The notes: generated by a model not told the origin, from the letters alone. A stretch of DNA of 64,000 nt from Obrimoposthia wandeli (GCA_977020255.1 CDROCS010000004.1:62001-126000); one strand, 5' to 3'. Positions 1-10,373 are shown, numbered from the stretch's first letter. A program made the numbers and translations.

Positions 1-3000
1 ATTTTTGGTAACAACTGTTTTCTTAAATTAACGTTTTTACATTCCACAAAGAATGAATCGGTATCACCGGCAACTATATTAATTGAACAATTGAATAAAT
101 TACGATATATTTGTAAATCATGATACTGAAGAGTATACATTCGTAATTTGCTAAGGTCTAGTACAGCTTGGCCTATATAATTTGGTCGATCGAGACAAAT
201 AAAATCTTTTCTTAATAAAACAGCTATTAAATTATCATGAATTTCAATTGTTCGTTGAAACATAGGTTTGCTAGTATATGTAATTAATTTTGTAGAACTA
301 GTGCAGATGCGAAGATTCAATCGTTTCTTAACATTTTCAACGGTCTTTCCATACAAACTAACATTTTTAAGTTTATAAAAATCTTTGTCACATTTATTCG
401 TTGCTTGTGATCTCATTTCTGAATTATATTCTATATATTCTGCGAATATCTTAGCCTGAGAGAATTTTATTGCTCGATGAATAATTGTTACCACTGCTCC
501 TAAACTAACATACATCTGCAATAGTCTCCAATGAATAACATAATGACTTTTTGGCGAATGCGTCATTAAAAGTTTTTCAACTTTTTTACCAGGTGGACAT
601 TTCTTTTCTGGAGCTATAGGAAGATCATCTAAAAAGTCATGAAGGTTTTCTGGTATTACCAAGTCTACTTCCATAAAATAACCATATTCAATATGTTTCA
701 TGTTCACATTTTTCATTTCATGCAATATTTCGTTTAATTTTATATCATCAAGAATCCATTCAAAATCTCCTTTTGGTAAAGGTTGATCAAGAGCCCATCC
801 ATATAAATTATTAACATCTATATATAAAAGACTTGTTTCTTCATCAGCGACTACATGATGCTTATTGACAAATGTCATTCCTCCTCGTATACCCGAAGAA
901 ATCATGTTGTACATTTCAGGATCCTGCATCAGTTCAACCTTATGTTTTAACATTTTTAGAGCACTTGCCCAACTCAACCCAGGAATGCTAAAAAGTTAAG
1001 TGGTTCTAAACCATCTTCACTGAGAGCTTTTCTTCTGAATGTTTGAAATACGTCAGCTAATAAATATACGTCAGTCTTTAAGTAAACTAACATATAATCC
1101 AACATATTTCTACAATTGGTTATTTTCCAAACATCTTGTGCTTTTTGATATTCAGTGTCTGTGATTTTATCATTCCATTTTACTGGTAAACTTAACTTAT
1201 TCTGGAGGACATTTAATGATGTAGCAAAATCATATGGGAATATTCCTTTGCCATCAATAAGTTTAGATTGAAAAACTGATCTTGTTAACCGAATAGTTGG
1301 TAATTTACCGGCTAAATTTTCTAAAGATGATTGCAAAAATTGCAAAGAATCTATAAATCTCAGAGTTATTTGACCTAATCTTACAATCATGGCTTGAAAC
1401 TTTTCCGTTGATTGTGGTATAATATTTATATCCCAGTCAGTAAATTTATTCAATGCATGTTTTAAAATATGATGTAAATCATAACCTCTGAGATTATGAA
1501 ACACAATAGGTAAAGTTGGACGAAGTTTTCTTGATAAATTACATTCATTGCATGCAGGACCTAGATACTTGCCAGTAAAGTGATCATGATCTTTAACATA
1601 TTTTTCAGATGATTCGCGACATAAATAACATTCATCGGCATTGCTAAATGTATGAATCTCTGCATTTGTTAAGGGTATCATTACGTTTTTAAGAGCATCT
1701 AAATATCATGGCAAAACCTTTTCTTTAGCCAAGTTCTCTATTGACTGAAGAAATTTAACTATGCAGTCATCACCAACATTATATTGATACTGGGTTTCAA
1801 TTTCATCTGTACTCATAAATAACATACCAGATGCGACAGGCATATGCTTTTGATGATAACTCTCATCTGGTACTAATACAGATTCAAAATCAGCGTAAAC
1901 GACATATTTCGGTGATATTGTTTTTGACCAATCGTTGAATTTAACGTACTTATTCTTAGGCATAGTATACATTGTAGTGCTTTCTTGATTATAGTCACAT
2001 AAAACTTTATGCTTTTCTAATGACAAATCGGTTTTGAAACCATGTAAACACTTTTCACACCATTTTCTGCTAATTCTAGTCGTTCCAGTTCGAATATTTA
2101 ATAGCCGGTTAAGACAAGTTATTCCTATATAATGAAACCGTTCCTTGGATTCTAGTAACAATAAATTAACTATAGTTCCTTCCTTTATTTTTGATTTGTA
2201 TGCAATATCAATATAAGGATTCTTGATAACATCAGTTTTTGATTCTTTTTACTTATCTCGTTGAATATGAATACATTTATTATTATACCAGGATTTTGCA
2301 TTTCAAATTTTGATATATTTGATATTTTCATAGGCATGTCTTCGGAATTATATACAAAATCATTTAAAAATCTTTCATATTGGCTTGGTCTATTTCTATG
2401 TACTTCTATTTCATTATATTTAAGTATTGACAATATTGCATAAATAAAGCAAAGATTATCAGAGTTTTGAATATTGACGACTGCTTTAGATTTTGTAAGA
2501 GAATTTGGTGATTTAATATATGAATGACCTGACAATGCACAAATTTGACTATATTTAGTAGCAATAAATGTATATTCAAGTATATTCATCAATTTCCAAC
2601 CACTACCCTTTTCTGAATATTCTTCAACTTTATTTTCCATTGTATCTTCCATTTCTGAAATTATAGCATGTGAAAAAATCATTGCTCGATGCGAAGCATA
2701 CCATTCTTTAGTTTCTCCATCATTCTTTTCAAACCTCATTCTAATGATGTATTGTATCTTTGCTTTTCCCATTAATTGCACTATTCTTTCTAGTTCGTTT
2801 AATAATGAAACTGGAACCTTAAGACTTACAAGATTGAGATGATCTACTTTCATGGATATCATTGAATAACTATTTTCTAACGATGTTTTAGTATGTATAT
2901 TGTCATTTATTTTACGTTTTCGTGACGGAGTAGGAGCTGAAATTACTATGTTTGATGGTACATTAATTATATCAGTTCTTTTGCTTAAAGCCGGTACTTT

Positions 3001-3165
3001 AAATAATTTTTTCTTACTAACATTTTCATATTCTTTTAAATGACTAACATGTCGACTATAAAATAAGTTGTAATCAATATTTTCAGTGCTTAAACATTGT
3101 GGACATATGAAATAATTTATCCTTTTGTATGAATAACCATAATATTTTTCATTATATCATGACAT
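1..3165 (-). pseudogene. Protein-primed family B DNA polymerase (pPolB) with vOTU-like and endonuclease VII-like domains, disrupted
   Basis: Joining ORFs 2185-2862, 1706-2161 and 974-1681 with manual translation of 1-990 gives: NIQNSDNLCF...HY (vOTU-like), YADFES (ExoI), CYLC..DHDHFTGKYLGPACNECN (EndoVII-like), FHNLRGYD (ExoII), YLKTDV (ExoIII), YIDVNNLYG (motif A), KLKNVSLYGK (motif B) and GDTDS (motif C, about 61-75). Breaks: 1-nt homopolymer losses near 2245 and 990, and an in-frame TGA at 1706-1708 (VLP*Y). The 5' boundary is approximate. Confidence 0.92.
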
Positions 3166-3329
3166 TCTTGAGGATTAAAATGTGTATCCGAATAACAAAT
3201 ATTTGAATAAGTTTTACATATACTCATCTGATGATATGATTGATTTGATTGGACTTGAGATATTGGCTGATTTGTATACTGAATAAAAAAAATATATATA
3301 AATACAATAATTTAATTATTTTACTTACA

Positions 3330-3884
3330 ATGTTAACAAATATTAATTATAAAGGAATTTGCTTAGATGATGTATCCAAATTAAAATTTCGAACACGACC
3401 AGAACAATACGTTTATAAAGCCAAAGATTATACAATACTTATTTTTAGAAATAAGAAATGCAGGATTATGGGATGTAAGGTACCTATTAAAAATATTTCT
3501 TACCCTTTAAGAATAAATATACTTGGTATTCAATCAATTACGATATGTGAAAATTTAGATCAAAGTATCAATCTATTTAAATTATGGAATGTATTACGTA
3601 ATGCATGTTCATTTGACCCTGAGGTTTTCCCAGGCTTAAGATTAAATATTTTCAATCCATTGTGTGTAAATATTTTCACATCTGGAAAGGTCGTAATTTT
3701 AGGTCTTAGAAATTTAGATTTTCAAAATCAAGTTAACGATATCATGACATACATTAAAAAAAATTATATAAATACGAAACAATTTCTAATTAATTATGGT
3801 GAAACAAAGATTTCGGATATTCAAGAAGATGGAAGAAGTCTCATCTGGAGGATTCATACAGCGACCGAATATTTTGATGTTTAA
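3330..3884 (+). CDS. TATA-binding-protein-like protein (element 1)
   Basis: FDPEVFPGL...VNIFTSGKVVILG matches the TBP repeat-2 signature YEPELFPGL...LLIFxSGKVVxTG. TILIFRNKKCRIMG matches repeat 1. Likely ATG at 3330. The C-terminal tail may be read-through caused by an 8-A run near 3756-3763. Confidence 0.85.
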   Translation: MLTNINYKGICLDDVSKLKFRTRPEQYVYKAKDYTILIFRNKKCRIMGCKVPIKNISYPLRINILGIQSITICENLDQSINLFKLWNVLRNACSFDPEVFPGLRLNIFNPLCVNIFTSGKVVILGLRNLDFQNQVNDIMTYIKKNYINTKQFLINYGETKISDIQEDGRSLIWRIHTATEYFDV

Positions 3885-3966
3885 TAAATATTTAATAAAA
3901 TGTTGTTATTGTTATAAACATGTACTTATTCTGATATATTTATTTTATATTAATATTTATATATAA
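3796..3966 (+). CDS. Small 56-aa ORF with hydrophobic C-terminus
   Basis: Manual translation MVKQRFRIFKK...HVLILIYLFYINIYI*. Its TAA overlaps the ATPase ATG (TAATG). Positionally equivalent to the 90-aa ORF of element 2. Confidence 0.35.
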   Translation: MVKQRFRIFKKMEEVSSGGFIQRPNILMFNKYLIKCCYCYKHVLILIYLFYINIYI

Positions 3967-4613
3967 TGTTATTAACAAACAATTCGACTTTTCAAGTAGT
4001 AGGACCAAGTGGTAGTGGAAAAACTTTATTTGTTTGTAAATTATTAAATTCAAAAATGTTTAAAAATAAATTTAATAAAATATATTGGCATCAAGGTGGT
4101 GACGGAGAAGCTGGTTTAACAAACCAAGAATTTAATAAAATAAAAAACATTAAGATTATTAACGGTTTTGATGAAAATTGGAAGACAAGACTCGTAAAAG
4201 GTGATGTAATTGTTATTGATGACTTATATCAAGAGGCTAACAAAGAATCTGATTTTAATGATTTATTTACAAAAATTGCAAGACATAGAGAAGTTACTGT
4301 AATTTTTATAACCCAAAATTTATTTCATCAAGGAGGAAATCATCGTACTCGTAATCTTAATGTACATTATTTGATTTTATTCAAAAATCCTAGAGATCAG
4401 ACAGTGATAGATTTTATTGCTCGTCAAGCATTTCCTCATAACAAGAGTTATTTAATTGATGCGTTTCATGATGCTACATCTTTACCTCATGGTTATTTAT
4501 TTTTAAATTTTACTCAATCATGTCCTGATGATTTAAGAATTGTTACTGATATATTTAACCGTAATGGTATTACAGTCTATAAACAAATAAATAATAATAA
4601 TGTTTTAAAATAA
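3966..4613 (+). CDS. A32/FtsK-like genome-packaging ATPase
   Basis: Walker A GPSGSGKT, Walker B VIVIDD, downstream RH..vt.ifitQ and KNPRD motifs; intact 215 aa. Confidence 0.93.
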   Translation: MLLTNNSTFQVVGPSGSGKTLFVCKLLNSKMFKNKFNKIYWHQGGDGEAGLTNQEFNKIKNIKIINGFDENWKTRLVKGDVIVIDDLYQEANKESDFNDLFTKIARHREVTVIFITQNLFHQGGNHRTRNLNVHYLILFKNPRDQTVIDFIARQAFPHNKSYLIDAFHDATSLPHGYLFLNFTQSCPDDLRIVTDIFNRNGITVYKQINNNNVLK

Positions 4614-4614
4614 A

Positions 4615-5028
4615 ATGAATTTTAAAAAGAGTATTCTTAAACATAGTAAAAGGACAGATAAAGATGAAGTTAAAAAATTAATAAATACTGTATTATATGA
4701 TCGTAATAATATTGAATTTTCAAAAAGTTTACCTTATTTTAAAACCTTAATTGACGTACCAAAAACGAATAAAATGAAAATGTTGAAATCATTTCCAATT
4801 TATGTAGTTGATGATTTAATAAAAATTTTAAATAAAATAATTTATGGTAAAATTAAACCTGATGATAATATTTTAAAATATAAAAATTCATTAATAAATT
4901 TAGCAAATTCACATGGTAAAATTAATAAAAGAAACATTATTTATAATCAAAATGGCGGATTCATATTGGCCCTACTGCCCGCTATAGCATCAGTAATAGC
5001 TAGTGTTATATCTTCAAGATGGGGATAG
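4615..5028 (+). CDS. Basic virion core protein precursor (pVII-like)
   Basis: Lys-rich, with a QNGG^F adenain-type cleavage motif followed by a hydrophobic tail (ILALLPAIASVIASVI). Homolog at 24824-25153. Confidence 0.7.
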   Translation: MNFKKSILKHSKRTDKDEVKKLINTVLYDRNNIEFSKSLPYFKTLIDVPKTNKMKMLKSFPIYVVDDLIKILNKIIYGKIKPDDNILKYKNSLINLANSHGKINKRNIIYNQNGGFILALLPAIASVIASVISSRWG

Positions 5029-5189
5029 TTGTCTTAATAACGAAAATTATAATAATATTAAATAATTACATTCTTTCGTTTTATACAAACATATAAACAG
5101 ATTAAAAATATATTTAACTTTTATAATAATGGGGATAAACAATACAAAGTTGTCTAACTTATTTATAAATTTTAATTCTTCATGCTGCA

Positions 5190-6215
5190 ATGGAAAAGAT
5201 TTGGAACAATCCAGAAGATCCAGACGGTTATACAGGGTTAGAAAAATTGACAAAAAGAGTCAAACAATCAAAAACAAACACACAAAAATGGTTAAGAAAT
5301 GAATTATCATATAGTCTGAATAAACCTTTAAGACGTAAATTCCCTACTAGATCATATAAAACTAATGGTATTAATTCGTTATGGCAGATGGATTTAATGG
5401 AAATGATTCCTTATTCTTCAGTAAATAATGGATTCAAGTATATTTTAACTTGTATTGATGTATTTAGTCGTTTTGCAAGGACAGTTGGTGTTAAATCAAA
5501 ATCAGGTATTGATTTATTACATGCAATAGAATCTTTAATTGTTGATGATGTACCAGTAAATATCCAAACCGATGAAGGTAAAGAATTTTTTAATTCACAT
5601 GTTAAGAAATTATTTAAAACTGAAAATATCAATCATTATTCAGTATATTCTCAATATAAAGCTGCAGTAGTTGAAAGATTTAATAGAACGTTAAGAGAAC
5701 GGTTAAAGAAATATTTTACTAAACAAGGTAATAAGAAATGGGTGAATGTATTACCAAAAATTATTTATGCTTATAATAATTCTAAACATAGAGGTTTAGA
5801 TGGTTTAAAACCTGTAGATGTAAATAATAAAAATGAATTTGATATTTTGTTGAAACAAAATCTAAAAGAAAAGAAAGTTAAATCTAAATATAAAATTGAT
5901 GATTATGTTCGAATATCAAAAATAAGTACAAGTCCATTTATTAAAAATTTTAATCAAAATTGGAGTGATGAGGTTTTTCAAATTCATGATATTAATTATA
6001 AACAAAATCCAATAATGTATATTTTAAAAGATATTGATAACGTCATCATCAAAGGAAAATTTTATAAACAAGAGTTACAATTAATTGATAAACCTAAACT
6101 ATATCGAATACAAGAAATTTTAGAAACTAAAGGTCGTGGTAAGAATAAACAATATTACGTAAAGTGGCACGGATACTCTGAACCTTCTTGGATATTTGCT
6201 TCTCAAATTGAATAA
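5190..6215 (+). CDS. Retroviral-like (RVE/DDE) integrase with C-terminal chromodomain
   Basis: WQMDL, IQTDEGKEF and VERFNRTL supply the D-D-E triad; the C-terminus YRIQEIL...YYVKWHGY...SW is chromodomain-like; intact 341 aa. Confidence 0.95.
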   Translation: MEKIWNNPEDPDGYTGLEKLTKRVKQSKTNTQKWLRNELSYSLNKPLRRKFPTRSYKTNGINSLWQMDLMEMIPYSSVNNGFKYILTCIDVFSRFARTVGVKSKSGIDLLHAIESLIVDDVPVNIQTDEGKEFFNSHVKKLFKTENINHYSVYSQYKAAVVERFNRTLRERLKKYFTKQGNKKWVNVLPKIIYAYNNSKHRGLDGLKPVDVNNKNEFDILLKQNLKEKKVKSKYKIDDYVRISKISTSPFIKNFNQNWSDEVFQIHDINYKQNPIMYILKDIDNVIIKGKFYKQELQLIDKPKLYRIQEILETKGRGKNKQYYVKWHGYSEPSWIFASQIE

Positions 6216-7228
6216 TGTCAAAATATATTATTTTACCTAGTAATAGTTGTCCAAGTACTCAACCTAACAATACAGCCAATCAATTTACTGTAGATTGGGA
6301 AAACTCTCTAAATTTAGATGGTGAATGGGAGGTTGCCTTGACTGAATTAGTATTTAATTATACTCCTTTAACAATACAAACTAATTCAAAAATACTTTAT
6401 AAAACGGAAAAGATAGAAATGAAAACTTTCGATGTATCTTTTGCAATTTTAAATGGATTAATTTTTAATAATTTAAATACTGTTTTCAATTTCAAAATTA
6501 CAAAGGATCAAAAATTAGAAATAAGTACAATTAACAGTATTCATCGAATGTTGTTAAAATTCGAAACTTTAGAAGAATCAAAAATTATAGGTTTTAATGA
6601 AATACAAAAAATTTCTAGTCATGTTATAACAAGTGATGAAATTGTTGACATAAATAAAAATATTCATGCTAAAATGAGAATTACAATTTAATCTTTAGCT
6701 GAATATGAATACGAAATAAAATTTAATCAAAATTATTTGATACAAGATAGTTCTTCATTATGTAATATTATAGCCAGTAAATGTAATGAAATTTTTAAAA
6801 GCTGTAATATAGATTCAAACGGATTATTTGATATTTTAATAAAGAAAAATGTAAAATCAGTTTTATTTGACGAAAAACTTGCATCTTTATTAGGTTTAAA
6901 TAATGTTTTCTTTGAGAAACGAATTAAAGGTTTTCAAAAACCAACACTTTCTAGCTCATATAATCAAATGTATATTTATACTAGTTTAACAGATTCTGTC
7001 TTAGTAGGATCTGATTATGTTCCACTGTTAAAGTCTATTTGGTTAAAATCATTAAAATATCGATATGGAGATGTAGTAAATGTTAAAATTGATAATCCAA
7101 TGTACTTGAAAATGAGAGATTCAAGTATTAATAGAATCGAGGTAAATATACGTGATGATTCTGGTAATTTAATTCCATTTTCATATGGAGCAAAAACTAG
7201 TTTAACTCTTCATTTACGTAAAGTATAA
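6215..7228 (+). pseudogene. Minor capsid (penton-like) protein, one in-frame stop
   Basis: N-terminus LPSNS...PNNTANQF...L.G.WEVAL.E and C-terminus YIYTS...LVG...PLL...IEV.IRD..G...F.....LHLR. ORFs 6215-6691 and 6737-7228 are in the same frame, separated by TAA at 6689-6691. Confidence 0.88.
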
Positions 7229-7271
7229 ACAATATAAATATATTTAAAATATAAATATATATATATATAAA

Positions 7272-7675
7272 ATGAATACATCAATTATAAAATTTTATAG
7301 CAAAAGTCAACAGGGCGGTGAACTTCCCTATTTCATTGGTAAACAATATGGATCTGGTTGGTATCAAACTATTTCTAGATTAGCTATTCCATTTATTAAA
7401 AAAGTTGGTTTATCAGCAGCTACAAGTGCTGCAAATGTAATTGGTGAAACGGTAGGAACTGCGTTAACAAACCCAAAACAATAATTTCATCTCTCAAAGA
7501 AAATACAATCAAAGAAGTCAAAACTTTGATTCCAAAATTAAAAAATAATGCTGTTGAGAGTTTAAATAAAGTCGCAAATTGTGTTGAACAAAATGGAAAG
7601 GGTCTTAAACGTAAAAGAAATAATTTAAATAGTATAAACAAACGTCTTAAAGGTACTATTTTCCAAAATGACTAG
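7272..7675 (+). pseudogene. Conserved small Polinton virion protein (QxGG / QYGSG motifs, amphipathic helix), frameshifted
   Basis: [18 protein letters not shown]... A frameshift at an A run near 7476 continues as TIISSLKEN...KRLKGTIFQND*, collinear with the intact homolog at 23341-23718 (ends GTIFAK). Confidence 0.75.
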
Positions 7676-8888
7676 TATAAAATCTGAATTGTGTATTTTC
7701 GATAGACCACTACCTCAAGTAGTGATTGAAAATTCAAGTTTTGAAGAAATATTTCCAATCAATTCAATTACTGGAAAAAATTTAAATGACATAGAATTTA
7801 ATATTCATGCATCTGAAGAAGATTATCTGGATTTGAATGATACTTTGTTAAATATTAAATTAAAAGTTGTAAATGAAGATGGTACTGATTTAATGAAAGA
7901 TAGCGATGTAACTCCAGAGAATTACATGTTTCAAACTTTGTTTAGAGATGTTATTCTAACACTTAATAATGTAAAGGTTGAAGGAGGAAATGGAACGTAT
8001 ACTCATAAGGCTATATTCGATACTCTTTTGAATTTTAGTAGTGATACCAAGTATACTAACCTTGAATGTTCCGGGTATGATGATGATGCAGAAAATCGTA
8101 AACAATGGATTAGTGAATCTAAAATATTTTCATTGTGTAATTCAATTAGATTAGATTTCTTTGATCAACCAAAATATTTGATTCCAGGGATTAATGTTCA
8201 TTTGAGATTTATGAGAAATCAGCATAATTTTTCGCTCTATTCAGAAACTTCAAAACCAATTATTCAAATTCTAGATGCTAGATTGTATGTTAGAAGAGTA
8301 AAAGTTGATTCTTCAGTAATGATTGGACATCAGTTAGGTTTGCAAAGTCAGAATGCAGTTTACCCAATTAGAAAAACTCAGTTAGTAACATATTCAATAC
8401 CTCAGGGTTCTTTGGAACTTAATAAAGATCAAATATTCGGAGACTATCGTTTACCCAAGTTCATTTTGATTGCTTTCAAAGATACACCTCAGGGTGGTAA
8501 GGAATACAAAGTTAAATCTTCTACGTTCAATACATTTAATGTTTCAACAATATCATTAGCTAGAAATACAGATTATCGAGAAACTTATAATCTAGATAAT
8601 AACAATTTTTCATTAGCATATATGCAGTCAATTATTCGAAATATGAATATTTTAGATAAAAACGTGAATAATGGTATCAGATTTTCTGATTTTAAATCAG
8701 GAAGTTCGATTTTCACTTTCCTATTAGCACCAGATTTTGATATAAACACTACTCAAGTGCCTAAAACTGGTAATTTAAGACTTGAAATTAGATTTAATTC
8801 TCCTTTGACCGTTCCAACAAGTGTTTTGATTTACGGAATATTTGATTCCGAAATTCAGATTACGAAAAATAAAACTGTGATTGTATGA
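7668..8888 (+). CDS. Major capsid protein (double jelly-roll, hexon-like)
   Basis: KSELCIFD.P.PQ...E N-terminus, [26 protein letters not shown] and GNLRLEIRF..PL motifs typical of Polinton MCP; intact 406 aa. Confidence 0.92.
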   Translation: MTSIKSELCIFDRPLPQVVIENSSFEEIFPINSITGKNLNDIEFNIHASEEDYLDLNDTLLNIKLKVVNEDGTDLMKDSDVTPENYMFQTLFRDVILTLNNVKVEGGNGTYTHKAIFDTLLNFSSDTKYTNLECSGYDDDAENRKQWISESKIFSLCNSIRLDFFDQPKYLIPGINVHLRFMRNQHNFSLYSETSKPIIQILDARLYVRRVKVDSSVMIGHQLGLQSQNAVYPIRKTQLVTYSIPQGSLELNKDQIFGDYRLPKFILIAFKDTPQGGKEYKVKSSTFNTFNVSTISLARNTDYRETYNLDNNNFSLAYMQSIIRNMNILDKNVNNGIRFSDFKSGSSIFTFLLAPDFDINTTQVPKTGNLRLEIRFNSPLTVPTSVLIYGIFDSEIQITKNKTVIV

Positions 8889-9261
8889 AGTAAGCTTATT
8901 GTATATTATATTCTTTATTTAAATTAGTACTTTAGAAATTCATAAATCCGGAAAAATATTATTGAATAACAAATTTAATGGAGTATATTCATTGGATAAA
9001 ATTCCATCATTAAAACCCGGAGGTTACATTATCAATACTCATACTTCAAATCTACCAGGCGAACATTGGATAGCAATATTCGTTGACAGATTCGAGATTC
9101 GAGTGTTTGATCCTTTTGGATTCTATTATCCTGCAAAGTTGGTGTCTACACTTGAAAAAGAAAACATTCCAGTCTACTATAATCGAGTTAAATGTCAGAA
9201 TCCATTAACTAAAAACTGCAGACCTCTGAGTCTTTTATCGTTGAAACTTCAACACAAATAA
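8885..9261 (+). CDS. Adenain-like cysteine protease, spliced join(8885-8889,8928-9261)
   Basis: [14 protein letters not shown] (His), FDPFG (Asp), Q.P.T.NC (Gln/Cys). A 38-bp GTAAGC...AATTAG intron supplies the ATG that overlaps the MCP stop (ATGA). Spliced ORF 112 aa. Confidence 0.85.
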
Positions 9262-9312
9262 TTTTAAGTATAAACAAATATATCATTATAGTATTTCATT
9301 TTATTTTTTCAA

Positions 9313-9765
9313 ATGGCTTTTATTGATTTAGAATGTTTTATTGATAATAATGGAGAATATATTCCAAAGGAATTATGTATAATGTATGTGAATGATATGA
9401 CTTGTCCATTTCATTACGTGTTTAAAAATCAAATACCATGGAGTAGTTTATCATTTACAGTTAAAAGAAAAAATCTATATTTGATAAATCATCATCATCA
9501 GTTATCCTGGTTTGAAGGTGAAAGCTCTGATATTCATATTGATGATGTTGAAACAATATTCTATGTTATGGATTCTATTGATGGAAAGAAAATTAATTTA
9601 GTGAAACGAATGTTTCCAAATTTGAGAATTGTGAATTATAATAAAAGTTTCAAAAATTTAAAGAAAATGCCAAAAAATATTCGATGTCCGTTTAGAAAAC
9701 ACGGAAAACATTGTGCTTATTTGAAATGTTTTTCTCTATGTATTGATTATGTAAATTGTATATAA
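9313..9765 (+). CDS. DEDD/DnaQ-like exonuclease-fold protein with C-terminal Cys/His cluster
   Basis: ExoI-like FIDLECF, IPKEL, HHQLSW..G and terminal CPFRKHGKHCAYLKC. Resembles a small ORF family I recognise from invertebrate Polintons; the fold assignment is by eye. Confidence 0.55.
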   Translation: MAFIDLECFIDNNGEYIPKELCIMYVNDMTCPFHYVFKNQIPWSSLSFTVKRKNLYLINHHHQLSWFEGESSDIHIDDVETIFYVMDSIDGKKINLVKRMFPNLRIVNYNKSFKNLKKMPKNIRCPFRKHGKHCAYLKCFSLCIDYVNCI

Positions 9766-9870
9766 ATATATTTATTAAGGATATTTTATTTTAATATATA
9801 ATTTATGTTATTTAAATAAATTTTACCATAATTCTTTAGATGTGTAAGCCTGGAAAAAAAAAACTTTGAT

Positions 9871-10025
9871 CTAAATTTTCACATAGAATAGTATGTGTGT
9901 GATTACGTAATACATTCTTAACTGATAAGAGTGAACTTTAGTATAAATTTCACATAAAATATTGTGTGTATGATTACGTCATACATTCTTAACTGATAAG
10001 AGTGAACTTTATCCTAAATTTTCAT
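9871..10025. repeat. About 71-bp tandem duplication in the subterminal region of element 1
   Basis: GATTACGT(A/C)ATACATTCTTAACTGATAAGAGTGAACTTTA occurs at about 9901 and 9972. Confidence 0.9.
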
Positions 10026-10027
10026 TA

Positions 10028-10373
10028 TGGACTAGATCACAAAAAGAAGGGTGGAGACTAAGCCACTTGATCCTTTGAATTAGTAGTTAGCCAAAAAGAA
10101 GGGTGGAGACTAGACCACAAGAGAAGGGTGGAGACTAAGCCACTTGACCCTTTCATAGTGGTATATCATAAAAAGAAGGGTGGAGACTAAGCCACTTGAC
10201 CCTTTCATAGTGGTATATCACAAAAAAAAGAAGGGTGGAGACTAAGCCACTTGACCCTTTCATAGTGATATATCACAAAAAGAAGGGTGGAGACTAAGCC
10301 ACTTGACCCTTTGAATTATGGACGACCATAGATTATAGCCAAAAGAAGGGTGGAGTCTAGATCACTTGACCCC
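10028..10373 (+). repeat. Seven copies of an approximately 30-bp core (period about 50 bp) in the terminal region
   Basis: AGAAGGGTGGAGACTAAGCCACTTGACCC(T) starts near 10041, 10093 (truncated), 10121, 10170, 10225, 10277 and 10341. Confidence 0.92.

Noticed and set aside
1706-1708. TGA at a Trp-like position suggesting a variant genetic code or readthrough
   Set aside because: TGG is used normally elsewhere, TAA stops also interrupt penton, integrase and protease, and the dynein ends at a standard TAG; ordinary decay explains it.
974-2862. Programmed ribosomal frameshifting in pPolB
   Set aside because: The shifts are single-base losses in A/T homopolymers at non-conserved places, better explained by mutation or sequencing error.
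3249-3884. TBP-like ORF as a host TBP/TRF gene or processed pseudogene
   Set aside because: It lies inside both elements at a syntenic position, has AT-rich element-like codon usage unlike host exons, and is far more diverged than any cellular TBP core.
10028-10373. Repeat-spacer pattern resembling a CRISPR array
   Set aside because: Spacers are short and mostly repeated, there are no cas genes, the context is eukaryotic, and the unit is a copy of the element's own terminal motif.
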